Source: Takakia lepidozioides
Lineage: Eukaryota > Plantae > Bryophyta
Assembly: GCA_030704615.1 (NCBI GenBank)
Contig: CM060732.1
Coordinates: forward strand, 2,914,001 to 2,978,000
Direction: 5' to 3'
Length of the DNA: 64,000 bases
Made by a program: the position numbers and the translations under genes. Under the pieces are notes generated by a model that was not told where the DNA came from, did not search any database, and saw nothing but the letters and a program-made list of their open reading frames with translations. Below, in pieces: positions 25,101-39,059 of this stretch. Positions within the stretch are counted from its first letter, which is position 1, and every line of letters begins with the position of its first letter.

Positions 25101-28007
25101 ATGCGGCTGGAAAGCCTAAGTTGTTTGAGAGGTATCTGCTGTGGTGTAGTGACAGCAACACCAACTGAAGAGGAAACCAGCATTTACCCATCACATTTCT
25201 ATGAAGAAAGAGAAGGAGAAATAGAAATCTTAGAAGAACCAGCCACTGTGAGCTTACAGGATGAAGTGGTGACTGGTGGACAATCACAGCTGATGAGCAC
25301 GTGAGGGAAGTAAATGTGGGAACTAAAGAGGAACCGAGGATGTGAAAGTAGGAGCTGATTTGGAGCCGGAATTCTTCGAAGAAGCTAAAAAGCTTGTTCA
25401 TCAAATACAGAGATGTATTTGCTTGGAGCTATGAGGATCTAAAAGGGATACCACCTGAAGTCTGTCAGCATAAGATTGAACTGGGACCAGGGTCAGTAGT
25501 ACAATCAAGCAGGCGAGGGTATAGAATGAATCCCAACTACGCACAGAAGGTTGGAGAAGAGATAAAGAAGTTGGCTGAGGCTAAGTTTATATACCCAATA
25601 GAGTATACAACTTGGTTGTCACCCATTGTTTATAGTTCCAAGAAGAATGGAAACTAAGAGTATGTGTGAACTATAAGAAGCTGAATTGCTTGTACGAAGA
25701 AAGATCCTTTCCCTTGCCATTCACAGAAGCAGTATTAGACACTGTGGCAGGCCATGAGATGTACTCATTCATGAATGGCTTCAGTGGTTATAATCAAGTG
25801 CAAGTGGCAGAAAGAAGACCAGGGAAAACAGCTTCATCACAGACTGGGGGGCTTATGCATACAAAGTCATGCCCTTTGGACTTGTAATGCACCAGCGACC
25901 TTTCAAGAGTGATAAGTGAATCTTTTCATGAGTATCTGGATGATTTCATGCAAGAATTTTTGGATGATTCAGTGTTGTACAGCTCTAAGAGTGAGCACTT
26001 GCATAAATTGGGTTATGTTTGGCCAGATGCAGGATGAGAGGTCTGGGCCTGAATCCAGAGAAGTGTACTTTCTGTGTGAACTCAGGGGTGCTTCTGGGAC
26101 ACATTGTGTGTAAGAAGGGATCCTTGTGGATCCCAGAAGACAGAGTCCCATTAAAGCCTCTCCACCACCAGGGAATGTAAAAGTATACGGAGATTCCTTG
26201 GGCAAACCAGTTATTACAGGAGATTTGTCAGACGGTATGCAAAAATAGCAGCACCATTGAGCAAACTACTGAAGAAGATGCAGTGTTTGCCTAGACAGCT
26301 GAATGTCAACAGGCATTTGAGGAACTTACACTGTCAACAGAGTAACAACTACACCTCTGTGCTGATTTTAACCCCTGGCATGTAGTATTCCTTTTCCACT
26401 TGCATGCATCAGGAGAACGTTGGGAGCGGTTGTTAGCCCAGAAGAGCGGTTGTTAGCCCAGAAAGCCCAGAATGTTCACAGGGAATATAGATTCACCTTG
26501 TGTACTATGCTAGCCGGTTGATGAACAGTGCTGAAAGGGAACTATAGCACAACGGAAGAGAGAAGCATTGGCAATGATCTATGCAGTGAAGAAATTCAGG
26601 CATACCTGTGGGCAAGAAGTTTATGTTCTATGATGGATCACCAGGCTCTGATATACCTGGTAAACAAACCTTGATAAAGCGGAAGAATAGCAAGATGGTT
26701 GATAATCTTGCACAAGTTTGAGTTCGAGGTTGTTTACAAGCCTGGGAGACATCTTGTGGCGGATCATTTGTCACGATTGTCAACAGGAGAAACACACAGG
26801 AATAGATGATCAATTACCAGATGCGAGTTCTCTTTGCAGGGAGGTGCAGGGAGAAGTGCAGATGACTGGTTAGATTGGCAGTGGCCAATCAGATACTACC
26901 TTGCTCATGGTCAGTGCCCACTAGTTATGGTAAGGAGCAGAGGAAGAGAATCGCTATCAAAGCTTACCTTATACTATGGTAGGAAGCAGAAGGTATAAGT
27001 AGCACCTGATGGAGTACTAAAACGATGCTTGTACCCCATGAAGTAAATAAAGTTTTGGCGGAAGAAGTCATAAAGGAGGGCTGGAGGTCATTTGGAGAAG
27101 AGATACCCGTAGGGAAGATACTACTCGCGGTTACTGGTGGCCTACTTTGTTCAAGATGGACACGAGTATTGTCAGAAGTGTGATGAATGTCAGAGACTAG
27201 ACCTTTGCGAGATCTGGAAGGATGGCCTTGCACCTACAATGCCTACGGAACCATTTCAGAAATGGGGACTAGATTTTTGTTTTGGCCAATTTAACCCACC
27301 ATCCAAGAATACACGAAACATACATAATATAGACCACTGATTATACTACAAAGTGGGTGGAAGCTAAAGCTTTGAGGGACAACACAGCCAAATCCACAGC
27401 AAGGTCCTGTACGAGAACATACTGACACGATTTGGCTGTCCATTAGAATTATCAGTGATCAGGGAAGTCACTTCATGAATGAGACCATTGAGTTGTTGAC
27501 TAAAGAGTTTATGATTGTGCATAGAAAAGAGTACAACATATACCCACAGGGGTAATGGGCAGGCAGAGGCTACCACAAAAATACTATGTACTATCTTGGC
27601 TAAGATAGTCAATGCAACAGAACAGATGGGATACAAAGCGCTGACAGCTTTGTGGTCATACATGACTTCATATAAAGTCACCACTAAGTAACACCATTCC
27701 AATTATTTGGTATGGAAGCCTTACTTCCAGTGGAATCATGTTACCTACCATGAGACGGAGTGGGAAAGAGAAGGAATTGCAAGACCCATCAAGGTCAGGA
27801 AACAGGAATTATACCATGTGGAAGAGAGTACGTGCTGATGCAGCTGATAATATGACCAGAATTCAGATGAAGCGAAAGGAACAGTTTGATGAAGGCAAAT
27901 TAATGATTAAAGAACTTTTAGACGGGCGGATTTATTTGGTCTATGGTTTTGCCAGAAAGAAAGGAAAGATTCAAGCTTCTAGCTTAAATCACCATGGAAA
28001 GACATGA
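22139..28007 (+). pseudogene. Degenerate gag-pol (gag with CCHC knuckles, protease, RT, RNase H, integrase)
   Basis: KMRLFPCSL..ASEWY, CAKCQNEGHTTTEC/CTICKMDNHSTENC, VLIDGGSGVNI, YRDVFAWSYEDLKGIP, FPLPFTEAVLDTVAGHEMYSF.NGFSGYNQ, PFQKWGLDF. Many frameshifts. Confidence 0.9.
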
Positions 28008-28179
28008 TGTATACAAAAGATGTGATAACAACACCGCATTGTTAAAAAACCATGAACAACTCAAATGCTGGGAAGAGTCAATGCCAAATAAGGTGAAGGG
28101 ACAGTGGTTACCAGACACAACCCGGTTACCAGACACAACCCAGGCCAGCATATATGACCAGGGCGGGCAAAACAAACGT

Positions 28180-28505
28180 GACACAGCCATCACAGCCATC
28201 ACGACGTGACACAGCCTATCACAGCCCATCACGACGTGACACAGCCTATCACAGCCCATCAAGCAAAGCACAGCCTATCACAGCCCATCACGACGTGACA
28301 CAAGCCTATCACAGCCCATCAACGTGACACAGCCTATCACAGCCCATCACAACGTGACACAGCCTATCACAGCCCAGCACGGCGCAACACAGCCTATCAC
28401 AACCTACCACAGCGTGTCACAGCCTATCACAGCTTACCACAGTGCATCACAGCCTATCACAGCGTAACACAGTATGACACAGCCTGTCACAGCTCAACAC
28501 AGCCT
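28180..28505 (+). repeat. ~30-bp tandem repeat (CACAGCCTATCACAGCCCATCACGACGTGA) between pol and the extra ORF
   Basis: About ten copies, degenerating toward the 3' end. Confidence 0.9.
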
Positions 28506-28564
28506 ACTAAAGTTACACGATCCATAGAATCAGTGACAAGTGGACGCATAATAACTTCAGGAAA

Positions 28565-31500
28565 ATGGCTGACGGAAGAGAAAACGGAAATTACTTTAAA
28601 AATAGACACGTGGAGGTCAGGGCGCGACACACAGCGAGAAGGAAGTGCAAGAACAGGTGTCAAAAAGAAAGAGGACAAGAACGGCCGTCAAAAGGGATGA
28701 AAGGCGGGCCCATTAATGAATACGGAAAAAGGGAAACGGAACGAACGGCAAGTACAGAAAAGCGGAATTCTTGTCACATGTGTGATCCTAGTGGACTATC
28801 CAACAGGGAAAGTCCACTAAAGAAAATAAAATCTAAAATCCAGTCACAGCGGATACAGCCAATAGAAAACCAGAGAAAGGATCAAGAAAATGGAGGGAAA
28901 TTGAGCGCAAGAGGCGGCGTCGTTCTGAGTAACGGGCGTCTCGACGGGACAGACCATCAATGCTATAGCTTGGAAACTATGGAGGAACTAACAGACTATA
29001 CGCTCGCAATATTACTTACGCAGTGGCATAGACACGAAAGGACAGAGCGGAGCTTTTCTCTTGAGCGATGCTTGCAAGCCCCGCAGGCTTACAAGAAATT
29101 ACCCATAGCTTTCTGCGGCAACCATACGTTTATGCTTTGTGCACTACAGGCATTCCTGCAGTTGTTACAGCCAAAACAGTTCTGTGAGTCTAAAATGAAG
29201 AGAGTGAGAGGAATGGAGGAAATCAGGGTGAAGAGCACCACAATTCTGCAGAAACAAACGATTGCTACCCCACAGGCGATACAGATACTGGAGGAGCTGA
29301 GATTGCAAGGATTGCAAAGCCTAGATTGGACATTACACCATAGACAGTACATGTTACAATTTTTGCAGAACTTTGAGCCAAGGACAGGAACAACAACGGT
29401 GAAGGGAGTTGAATTGATGATTACTCCCCTATACCTCCAGCAATTGTTTCGATTGCCAGCAGGTCAGGTGCATGTGGAGGAACACAGGGCAAGACTGCAA
29501 ATAGGGGACTTATTCCAAGAAGGGAGTTTCTTTAAAACTCAGGGTTATGCTTGTACCAAGGCTGTGTACCCAGGGCTAAAAGAGGTAGGCCAGGTATTGA
29601 ACGTTCTGATTGCCATGAAACAGAACCAACAGTATTTGAGCAGATCCTTCACGGAGGAAATACTCAAAGGCCTGAAGGGACAAGAGGTACAATGGGCGGA
29701 CATAATGTACAACGCACTGGTAGAGGAGATGAAAAGATTACAAGGTACTACCGCAAAGTCTCCTATCATAGTGTCTGGCCCAATCATTGCTCAAATAATC
29801 CTTGATTCTGGCATACTTGATGCGCAAGAAAGAAAGGAAATGGGAGTGTTTGAGCCAGAAACAACTGCAATGGAAGAGCAAGGCTCTTCACACAGTGAGG
29901 GTGGACTAGCAGGGCAACCCGAGACTAAGAGGCAGAGACGGGGAAAGACTGTAGTGGCGGATCCACTGGCTTCACGGATTCCGCATGATAATGTTTCCCA
30001 AGCTCATGGCCAGGAAGGGGCACAGCAGCACAGAGAAATGCTATTACTGGAAGCAGGACCTTCAGAGAGGGAGGAGGAAGTTACTTCTGTATCACAACCA
30101 TCACAGCCAGCTGATCGACTTGTCACAAGGTCACAAGTTATCCATGCAGCTCAACCAGAAATAATTGATTTGGAAAGAGAAGGGTTAGATATTCCAACTA
30201 CAGAACAGATAGTGGCAGAAATGGAGAAGGGGGACCTTCTCTATGAATATTCTGGTCTGGTCAAGGAGACAGAGATCCAGAGGTGCAACAGTTGCCCAAG
30301 GGAAATCCTGAGGTGCATATAATACACACACCTGTGTCGGAGGTACCACAGGCGGAAGGTCATGACACTGTAGCACCGGTGATAGATGAAGTAGTTCAGG
30401 AAGAAAATCCGGTGGGACAATGGCCTGAATGGTTCGTGAGACATCACACTGTTGAAGATCAGGAGGAACAGCAGCAACCTCACCATGATGACCCTCAACA
30501 GGCAATGCTGATGAGTTCCATAGGCAGGACACTTAATTTGTTGGGGACTTATGTCAAATCCCATGTTCCAATTACCCAATTGACAGCCTTGAGAGAGGAA
30601 CTCAGGAAGGAGTTTGAGGCTCGACTAGCCACTGAGTGTGCAAACAAGGTCGATGAAGAGGTCACTCTCAAGATGCAGCAGGACTTGGGAAATACAGAAG
30701 CGGCTTTGCAATTGGCCAAGGAACAATTGATTGAGGCAGGCCTCGCGCAAGACCAGTTGCACGAAGCACATAAGCAACAGCTATACCAAATGCAGGTGCA
30801 GCATGAAAGCAAGTTGCAAGAAGTGAATGCACTACATACGGAGTTGCAGACAGTGCATGACAGGATGGCGATACAATGTGCTACATTCACAACTATGCTT
30901 GACCAATCTACAAAAGAAATAAACAGTCAAGCGGAAAAATGTACGAAGGCAGAAGAAGAGAATGTTGAGCAAATGAAGCTCATTGTCGATATGAAGAATA
31001 CAATCTGTCGCAATGAGGATACTTTCAAGCAATACAGGCAGATTGAAGCTGATCAAGAGAAGCACATCGTGGAGTTGCAACAAACCATCATGGCCAATAG
31101 AAATGAAATCGCGGTCAATAACAAGGCTTGGAAGGAAGCCAATAATCTACTTGCTGCTTATGCGCAATTGGTTGAACCTCAGGCGAAGCGCATGGAGGCT
31201 TTACAACAGCAGTTGGAATTGTACAAGCTAAGAGAGGAGCAAACTCTCAGGGGAACCACAAGCAACTTGGTGGATAACAGCCTTATGCAGGTCTGGTTAG
31301 CACAAGGGCCAGTAGAGGGCAAAGCACCACGAAAGCTCACCCAAAGCGAGATGAATGAGCTCAGGCTGCAGGTGCAGAACATTGCCACAACTACTATAGA
31401 CAATGTCTATAGTAGGATAGCAGAGTTACAAGAGGATGTAGACGGACTGCAGACTCAAGTGGAGGACCTCACTTCAAACATCGACAAAAGAGTCTATATC

Positions 31501-32743
31501 CCTCAGGAACAGCTAATGGCTTCTTATTTACAAGCCAGAACTTTGGCTTTTCAGTCTTCACAGGAGGTGCAGGAGATGCCAATGATACAAGAGCCAGTAC
31601 CACCACCACCACAACAAGTCACTGTACCAGTAGCTGAACCTGTGGTTACTACAACACACCACAGCCACCACAGCCTGAGGTATGGGGCAATGCTGCTTTT
31701 AACCCACCTAAAACTCCAGCTGCAAGGGAGTACAGTAGGGCTATGATTATGCCCTTCAACCAAATTCCCATCATGTTGGATTTGGCTTGGAAAGAATTTA
31801 GTCCTCCGCAGTCATTCGCACATTACTACCAAATCATGCGTATTTGGCTGCCAGTGGCAACTAGGACTAAAGTTCTTCCGAACAATCGACATATTGAAGA
31901 TCATCACTTTGCACAATACTGGCACGAGGCAGGTACCATGTTGAGGGAATTGATTGCTTTCCAGGTTGTACATGGACTCATTTATACCAAGACCAAGGAG
32001 GTAGCAAGTATTGTCATGGGATGCGGGTTATACTACGCTGCTTGTTTTCTGGTACGTTACCACATTGAGCAACAAAAGATGCAAACACGCTTTCTGAGTT
32101 ATTCCAGTGGAGATCATTGGGTATTACCTTCGGTGCCACCTCATATGTACCTATATGACCAAAAGTTATGATGCAAAAGGATTCTCAAATTCGTTCATGG
32201 TTTCAAGCGGCCTGGAACAATTTGTCAACACAGAAATTCGGCATTGATGATATTTTCTATAAGGGACATGTGGCATGGAAATACTTGCACGCTGCACCAG
32301 TAATTGGTACCCCACTCACCTGGACAGACAAGGAGCTCAGTGTCTACACCAATTTTGCTGTTCAGCGGTTACACCAAGTTGTAAAATACAAACTTCCAGA
32401 CATGGTAGGACAGCATTGTATGCCCCAGATGATTCCACAAAAAGTTCGAAAATTAAAACACCTGAGAGGCGATGAGGATTCTGATACAACTGTTTCTTCA
32501 CCGAATTCTTTTGACATGGGAGAAGACTATGCAATTCAGATGGCAGAGAAGAAGCGACGGGGGTCTCCTATGCCGGAAAGGTTACCTCGATATCAGCCTC
32601 CAGAGGGCCTCACTTATCCAGGTAGTGATCAACCATCTCCGTCAACCAGAGACAGACCTCGGGCTCGTACACACAGTCCGCCACGAAACTCTCAACGTCA
32701 AAAAGGTGCTCACTCACAAAGGTTTGCTAGTCGAAATCAGTAA
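28565..32743 (+). pseudogene. Extra ORF of the LTR element (Athila-type/Transposase_32-like N-terminal region, long coiled coil), split by frameshifts into 585+487+142+191 aa pieces
   Basis: Four consecutive overlapping ORFs ending just before the PPT. LQFLQNF...TVKGVELMITPLYLQQLFRLP resembles the plant transposon domain of Athila extra ORFs; E/Q/K-rich heptad region at 30560-31500. Confidence 0.6.
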
Positions 32744-32781
32744 ACCGTGAGGACACGGCTTTTTGAGGGGGGAAGGGGTAA

Positions 32782-33781
32782 TGTTAGAGGACTGTCGGGG
32801 ACTTAGACACTTATACGGGATCTGTAGGGTACCCTTAATTTTTGCACAGACTGAGACCAACAGGAGCCTTAGGGGTGACAGCAGCGCACTGTAGAGGGGG
32901 GTTACACAGCCCGTCACAGTCGTCACAGCGTCACAGCAGACACAGCGACACAGCCCGTCACAGTCGTCACAGCAGACACAGCCGACACACAGCCAACACA
33001 GCCGTCACAGTCGTCACAGCCAGACACAGCCGACACAGTCGACACAGCAGACACAGTCGTCAACAGCCGACACAGCCGTCACAGCCGACACAGGCCAGTC
33101 ACAGCCCGACACAGCCACACAGTCGCACAGCCAGTCACAGCCCCGTCACAGTTTCACACAGCCAGTCACAGCTTGACACAGCTGTCACGATCATAGGGAA
33201 CGAGAGTAGGACAGGAACGACTGTGGGAACAACACCTGCGAAGGGACATGTTAGTTCACAGACGACGGTTAGTGAGGGAAACGGTTAGAACCGCGGATAG
33301 GAGATAAAGGGAGAAACGGGAATTGAGGATATCATTCGGAGGAGGACTTCTTGGTCATGAGGGAGAGGGGATCGGGCAGAGATGAAGAACGGAAGTGAAG
33401 ATAGAGAGATGATGAGTAGATGCTTGATATATGCAAGGCTGTAATGATATTGTAGAGCAGATTAGAGACACAATGGCTTCGGCCTGATACCTGATAAATC
33501 ATAATCGGATACTTTTACGATACAATCACACTGTGTAGAGAGAATCTGAGTGAGCTGTGAAATGAATGGATGAGTTGATGGAATCCAATAGATGATTAAG
33601 CAAACTGATACTTAATTATCAATGGTAGATAGCTAACATGAATACCAAAAGGGAAACAAATAGGAAACACCCCCATGATACACTAGCTGTATGGTCATGA
33701 CTGATTGTTCTGCGCGGGCTGAGTACTTAGAGATTTCCAACTCTTCTATCTTGGAGATTCCGCCTTCGAATAGCGAAGGGA
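32782..33781 (+). repeat. 3' LTR (truncated by the gap), preceded by PPT GAGGGGGGAAGGGG (32765-32778)
   Basis: Direct repeat of 20475-21423. Confidence 0.9.
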
Positions 33782-34281
33782 NNNNNNNNNNNNNNNNNNN
33801 NNNNNNNNNNNNNNNNNNNNNNNNNNNNNNNNNNNNNNNNNNNNNNNNNNNNNNNNNNNNNNNNNNNNNNNNNNNNNNNNNNNNNNNNNNNNNNNNNNNN
33901 NNNNNNNNNNNNNNNNNNNNNNNNNNNNNNNNNNNNNNNNNNNNNNNNNNNNNNNNNNNNNNNNNNNNNNNNNNNNNNNNNNNNNNNNNNNNNNNNNNNN
34001 NNNNNNNNNNNNNNNNNNNNNNNNNNNNNNNNNNNNNNNNNNNNNNNNNNNNNNNNNNNNNNNNNNNNNNNNNNNNNNNNNNNNNNNNNNNNNNNNNNNN
34101 NNNNNNNNNNNNNNNNNNNNNNNNNNNNNNNNNNNNNNNNNNNNNNNNNNNNNNNNNNNNNNNNNNNNNNNNNNNNNNNNNNNNNNNNNNNNNNNNNNNN
34201 NNNNNNNNNNNNNNNNNNNNNNNNNNNNNNNNNNNNNNNNNNNNNNNNNNNNNNNNNNNNNNNNNNNNNNNNNNNNNNNNN
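33782..34281. other. Assembly gap (500 N)
   Basis: Run of N; contiguity across it is unproven. Confidence 1.
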
Positions 34282-35030
34282 GGAAATGCGGTGCCGCATT
34301 TCCGTTCGGGAATGAGCGTAGTGCGACTCGGATGGAAATACGGTGCCGCATTTCAGTTCAGATAGTTCACGAGTTTCAGTCAGAAACGGGAAAGCGGTGC
34401 CGCCATTCCGTTCTGGATAGTATGAATGTCTCAACCGGTCGGAAATTGCGCTGTATGAAAAAGCTGTCGGAATCTTAACTCGGCTCCATGCATCAGAGAC
34501 AAAATGGAATGCGGCGCCGCATTTCCGTTCTGGAATGTCGAAAAAGTGCGACTTGACAGGAAATGCGTGCCGCAGTTCTGTTCCGTTGTTCATAATTCTT
34601 CAATCAGAACGGAAATGCGGGTAGGCTGCGGGGGTTTGGGGGTACCGCATTTCCGTTCCACCTTCACATACCGTGCTTGTTGAATGACGGAAATGTGCTG
34701 CAGCATTTCTATCCCTCAGCTCATGCATCAGATACAAAATGGAAATCGGCGCGCGCATTCCCGTTCTGGAATGTCGAAAAAGTGGGACTTGGACGGAAAT
34801 GCTGGTGCCGCATTTCTGTTCCCGTTGTTCATAAATCTCAATCAGAACGGAAATGCGGTACAGCATTTCCGTTCCACCTTCACATACCGTGCTTGCTGGA
34901 TGGAAATGCGTTACCGCATTCCGTTCTGGAGAGTATAAGGTTTCCCCGGACGGAAACTCGGTGCCGCATTTCCGTCGCTCTGTTGCATGACCAAGATGCA
35001 ATACGGAAATGCGGCGCCGTATTTCCGTCC
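34282..35030. repeat. Array of ~14 palindromes GGAAATGCGG-NN-CCGCATTTCC at mostly 52-54-bp spacing
   Basis: Copies start near 34282, 34334, 34389, 34505, 34559, 34689, 34741, 34795, 34849, 34902, 34952 and 35005; spacers are partly duplicated. Confidence 0.9.
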
Positions 35031-35452
35031 ACCAGCAATCGACAGAATCACTCGTGACGGGAAATCTGGAACCTCAATGGGTTGCATTGTTCCGAAAAAA
35101 CACAATTGCGGCCAGTCTTGATGAGCACAACTTGGTTGTCTGACCGTTTTAACCAGCAGTCCTGGCACTTGTCAGTGCGAACGTTCCTGTCTGCACCGAG
35201 AATACTACTGGATCCACCCTCAGGAGAAACTGTCAGGAGATGTTATTTCGTCGCCGAATCGGCCATCATTGTCCTACTCACTGGCTATGGAATCAAACCT
35301 CCCACCTTATGCATGTAGCTTGAAACAATACTTTCCACTTCAATGTGCGACTTCCAATCGTCGATGGACTCCGCAGATCCACTTAGATGGTGCTGTGAGC
35401 CTTGGTCTGTCGCTATACTGACCTCGCACTTGCCAACTCCGTGCGGTGTTCG

Positions 35453-38400
35453 ATGGCTCCGAATTCCTACGCTATAGTTTGCTGTCCTCCGCAACTTGGG
35501 AGAGCCTGGATCCCAAACGAGGGAGGACTTTGCAGAGTGACTGAAACTTACCTTTGTTCCAAATTCAAGCTCAAACCGGGCACAGTTTATTTGGAAGAAG
35601 AAAGGAAGGATGTTCCTGGACAGGTTGACGAGACCATTGTCGTGCTAGGTAACGACGGAGGTTGCGGAATCGAATGGCACGTTCCCCCGTCAGACACCAT
35701 CCTGTACCGAGCTGTGGGAATGCCCATTCCCTTTCCGAATCAGTCGCTGCCCACACCATCCACAAAGGAGTCCGGAAACCGAGAGGCGGCCACTGCCAAC
35801 AGAGAGGTATGCAACGATAATCATTCCCGACCTGGACCGTCAAGACCCTCCATAGCTTCTCGTGTGGACGTATTCGACATTTCCGACGAGGAAGATGATT
35901 GCATTGAGGTACCCATGTCCTCCACACGGTCGTTCAAATCCGGCATGGACGTCTCTGTAGGTGCTACGCATGTGCCCTCGAGCATAACTCCAACCCGGTC
36001 CATTGTGCAGCTCCTACGACAACATCACCTCGATGGTTCTCGCTCCGAGCTGGCTGCTCTCGACTATGCCAAATTCCCAGTCAGAAAGGTAACTTTTCTG
36101 CCTCCCGAAGTCGATGGCAATGTCATCTTGAGTTTCCACCTGTTTCTTCGTCAAAGAAAGCCTCCGGGATGTTAACAGACATGGATCGAAAGCATGACGG
36201 ACACCCCTGGTGTGTGACGAAGACCAGTAGCACAAAAATTGCTGATGGTGTTCGTGTACGATATGTCCTCTGTGCGGGGAAGCTGAGGTGCCTCAATCCC
36301 ACCTGCTTCCACTTTCTCTCCAAAGGAGGGCGGAGAAACGAGACGGATTGGACTGGCACAACGCATCATCCATTCATTGTCTCCAGCCAAGCTCCTGCGG
36401 GTTCTTTCAAGTGTGCACATTGCAAAGAACCACCGACGTGCATGTCCATGTGCAGAGCCAAGCAATATTACGTAATCCATTTGCTCCCGGACTTGACTAG
36501 AGCTTGCATACACGTTGGGGTCCACTGCCACCCCTTGGCGAGAGGCAACATGCGTGAGGCTGTGCAGGAAGCACACGACATCATAAAAGAGGAGGTCAAA
36601 TTGAGCCCCGGAGCCAGACCAAAGCAGATTCAGCTGAAGGCAGCCCACAAGATTGCTCTTGGCAAAATCATGTCTGAAGATGGTTCCGACCGAGAGCCCT
36701 TGACCGAAGACGAGATGCGTGACCTCTTGGAGTCCGTCTCGCACGTTTGTAGTCCGAATGTGCGGAATCACATCGTATCTTGCAAGCAGGAGTTCGGCAG
36801 GGGGTCGGACATGTACTCAATCCTGGAGGTGAAACGAATGACTGGATATGACTACATCCAAGGTAGCAGGTTTCCAGGGCAAGGCGGCGAATCCGATCGT
36901 TGTTACATTTTCAAAATGTCGACGTGTGGGCCTGGGAGTGGAGTCGACTTGGTCACTCGCATGACAACTGGAAACTTGTCGAATGCTTGGGTGATGTTTG
37001 ATCACATCAAGCGAATTACAAACCATCAGTGGGTGACTATGGGTGCGCATGTTTATGACTATCACTCCAAGAGGCTCATGACGATTGCAATCTGCGAGAT
37101 GAAAGGGGAGGACACACAGTCCGAGATGCATCTGTGGGAGGGCATAAACGAGCAGATGGCAAGGGCGGGATTGCCAGAGCCCAATTTCAGGGGATTCATG
37201 GCAGACAACGCTCAGGCCAACTGGGCAGCGGTGCGGCGTGTGTACGGTGAGGACCCCAATGTTCCAATGGAGGGGAAAGAGAGATCCTGTGGATTCCATT
37301 GGATGCAGAGTCTATCCCACTACACTACCAAATTTGTTGCTAGCTCATTCCAGGCTGAACACCGTGTCCTTTGTACGGCGTGGAAGGATGCACCCACATT
37401 TGATGACGCGGAGGTTAAGTTTGCTATCATCGAGGCTTGGTGGAACACGTCAGGTGCAGTGGAGACAACCAATCTGGGAGCATTGCACAGCTGGTTGGGG
37501 TGGTGGCATTTTCGGTATCGACAGTTCGGACAGTACATGCGGGAGGTAGGCTGCTGTCAATTTCGTTCATTTGTCTTTCTGTTACGGACATTTCGATTGG
37601 TCCCTCACCGTTGTTTGTGTCCTTCTAGGAGCGGTGCTTGGATTCCGACACGGACATGCCGAACACGAATATGGCAGAATCGGTCCACTCCTCCTGGCGA
37701 GCGTCTTCTGCCGCACATCTGGTGGACGTAGTGACGGCCACAACGGAGGACATCGACAGAGCAATCATGCAGCAAGCCACGTACTACAAGTTCCTGAGCG
37801 GCAAACAATGGGGCTTTGGGCCGGACAGGGAGGAATTGTTGGTACGAACAGCTTCGAGGTCCAAGAATCCAGTGAAATGGGCGACAGCATTGCGAGAGAA
37901 GATCAAAGGGACGCCTCTGCACCGCAGAGGTGAACACCTAGAGGGGGACGTCCGGACTCGCCCTGTCAGGCGGAGGATTGAAGAGGAACCCAGGTGCGAA
38001 GAGGATTCCTGGAGATCCGACAGGAACATTCGGACAGCACCTCGAGGTCCCGTCATGTTGCCGCACAATGTGTCTTCCAGCAGTGGAAGCCCAAGAAATT
38101 CCAGATCGCCGTCGCCTTCAACCGGGGATTTCGTGCAACAAATTCCCACCGCTCCCTTGCCCCACATTCCGCCCGCTGTTATGCAGTATGGCCAAGCCAT
38201 TGTGGAGACGACTGTGTCTGCCTCACAGTGGAGAATTGCTCGCACAAAGCCGTCGTTTCGAGGAAGGTGTTCCGCAATTCGTGTGGATACACGGCAACGT
38301 TGTTTAGAGATGATAAGGAGGAATCCAGATGGGGCTGTCCCTGCTCCTACTTTTACAGGAAGATTTGTCCATGCAAAGTTTGCGGAGGCGACAACCACCC

Positions 38401-39059
38401 AGTTCTGGTTCTGCAGGCACGACATTATGACTTGCGTGTATGGAAAGCCCAAGTACGGCATACAGACAATGCCAGAGGCTCCCCCGGTGTGGCCGGTGGA
38501 ACCAGGCAGCGATCTGAGTCAGGTTGAGGCCGACGCCCTTACCGCCGCAGGATTTCGGATGGTGCAGCGCACTGACGTGCCCAGACAACCATTTCCGCTT
38601 CCACAGCCTCCACCACCGACCCCTGTGAGAGCAAGAACAATGGGACACGACAGCTCTAAGCATCCTACACACCGTTGGGGGAAACCGAAGAGGCGGCGAC
38701 CTCCCTCAAAAGTGAACGAGACAAGGATGGGGAATGCACTTCGGATGAACTGTACAATCCAGAGCTCGACAGAAGTGCCCCCACCAGGATTCGGGCGTGT
38801 GTATCAGATGGCCACGGCGGGCTCAGCTGTTCGCAATGAGGTGTACACCATCACCATTTCAGAATTACCCACCTGCAATTGCACCGACTTCCAGATCATG
38901 GCGAACAAGGGGGCATCATACTGCCCTTGCAAGCATTTGTACTACGTGTACCTAAAGAGACTCCGTTGTAATTCCACAACTCATCACTTCATACATGCAC
39001 CAGGGTTGAGCCCCCAGGAGGTTCACACTCTTCTGAATATGGATCCAGGGGACCAGTGA
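35453..39059 (+). pseudogene. Mutator-like (MULE) transposase with GCM/WRKY-like zinc domain and C-terminal SWIM finger; one frameshift (~36133) and one intron (37546-37628)
   Basis: HDGHPW..CAGKLRCLNPTC..CAHC..C...C..HVGVHCHP (GCM-like); VMFDH / FMADNA / CGFHW / NMAESVH (D, D, CxxH, E); CNCTDF...CPCKHL (SWIM). The GT-AG intron joins the 520-aa and 473-aa ORFs in frame. Confidence 0.85.

Larger units (their letters stand above)
20475..33781 (+). mobile_element. Non-chromoviral (Athila/Tat-like) Ty3/Gypsy LTR retrotransposon, ~13.3 kb; 3' LTR cut by the assembly gap
   Basis: Two LTRs starting TGTTAGAGGACTGTCGGGG (20475 and 32782), PBS, gag-PR-RT-RH-INT order, PPT, extra 3' ORF. Confidence 0.9.

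Noticed and set aside
33691-34593. Long ORFs spanning the gap
   Set aside because: Artefacts of translating Ns.
34282-35030. CRISPR-like pattern (22-bp palindromes with ~30-bp spacers)
   Set aside because: Repeats are degenerate, spacers are duplicates of each other, there are no cas genes, and the context is eukaryotic.
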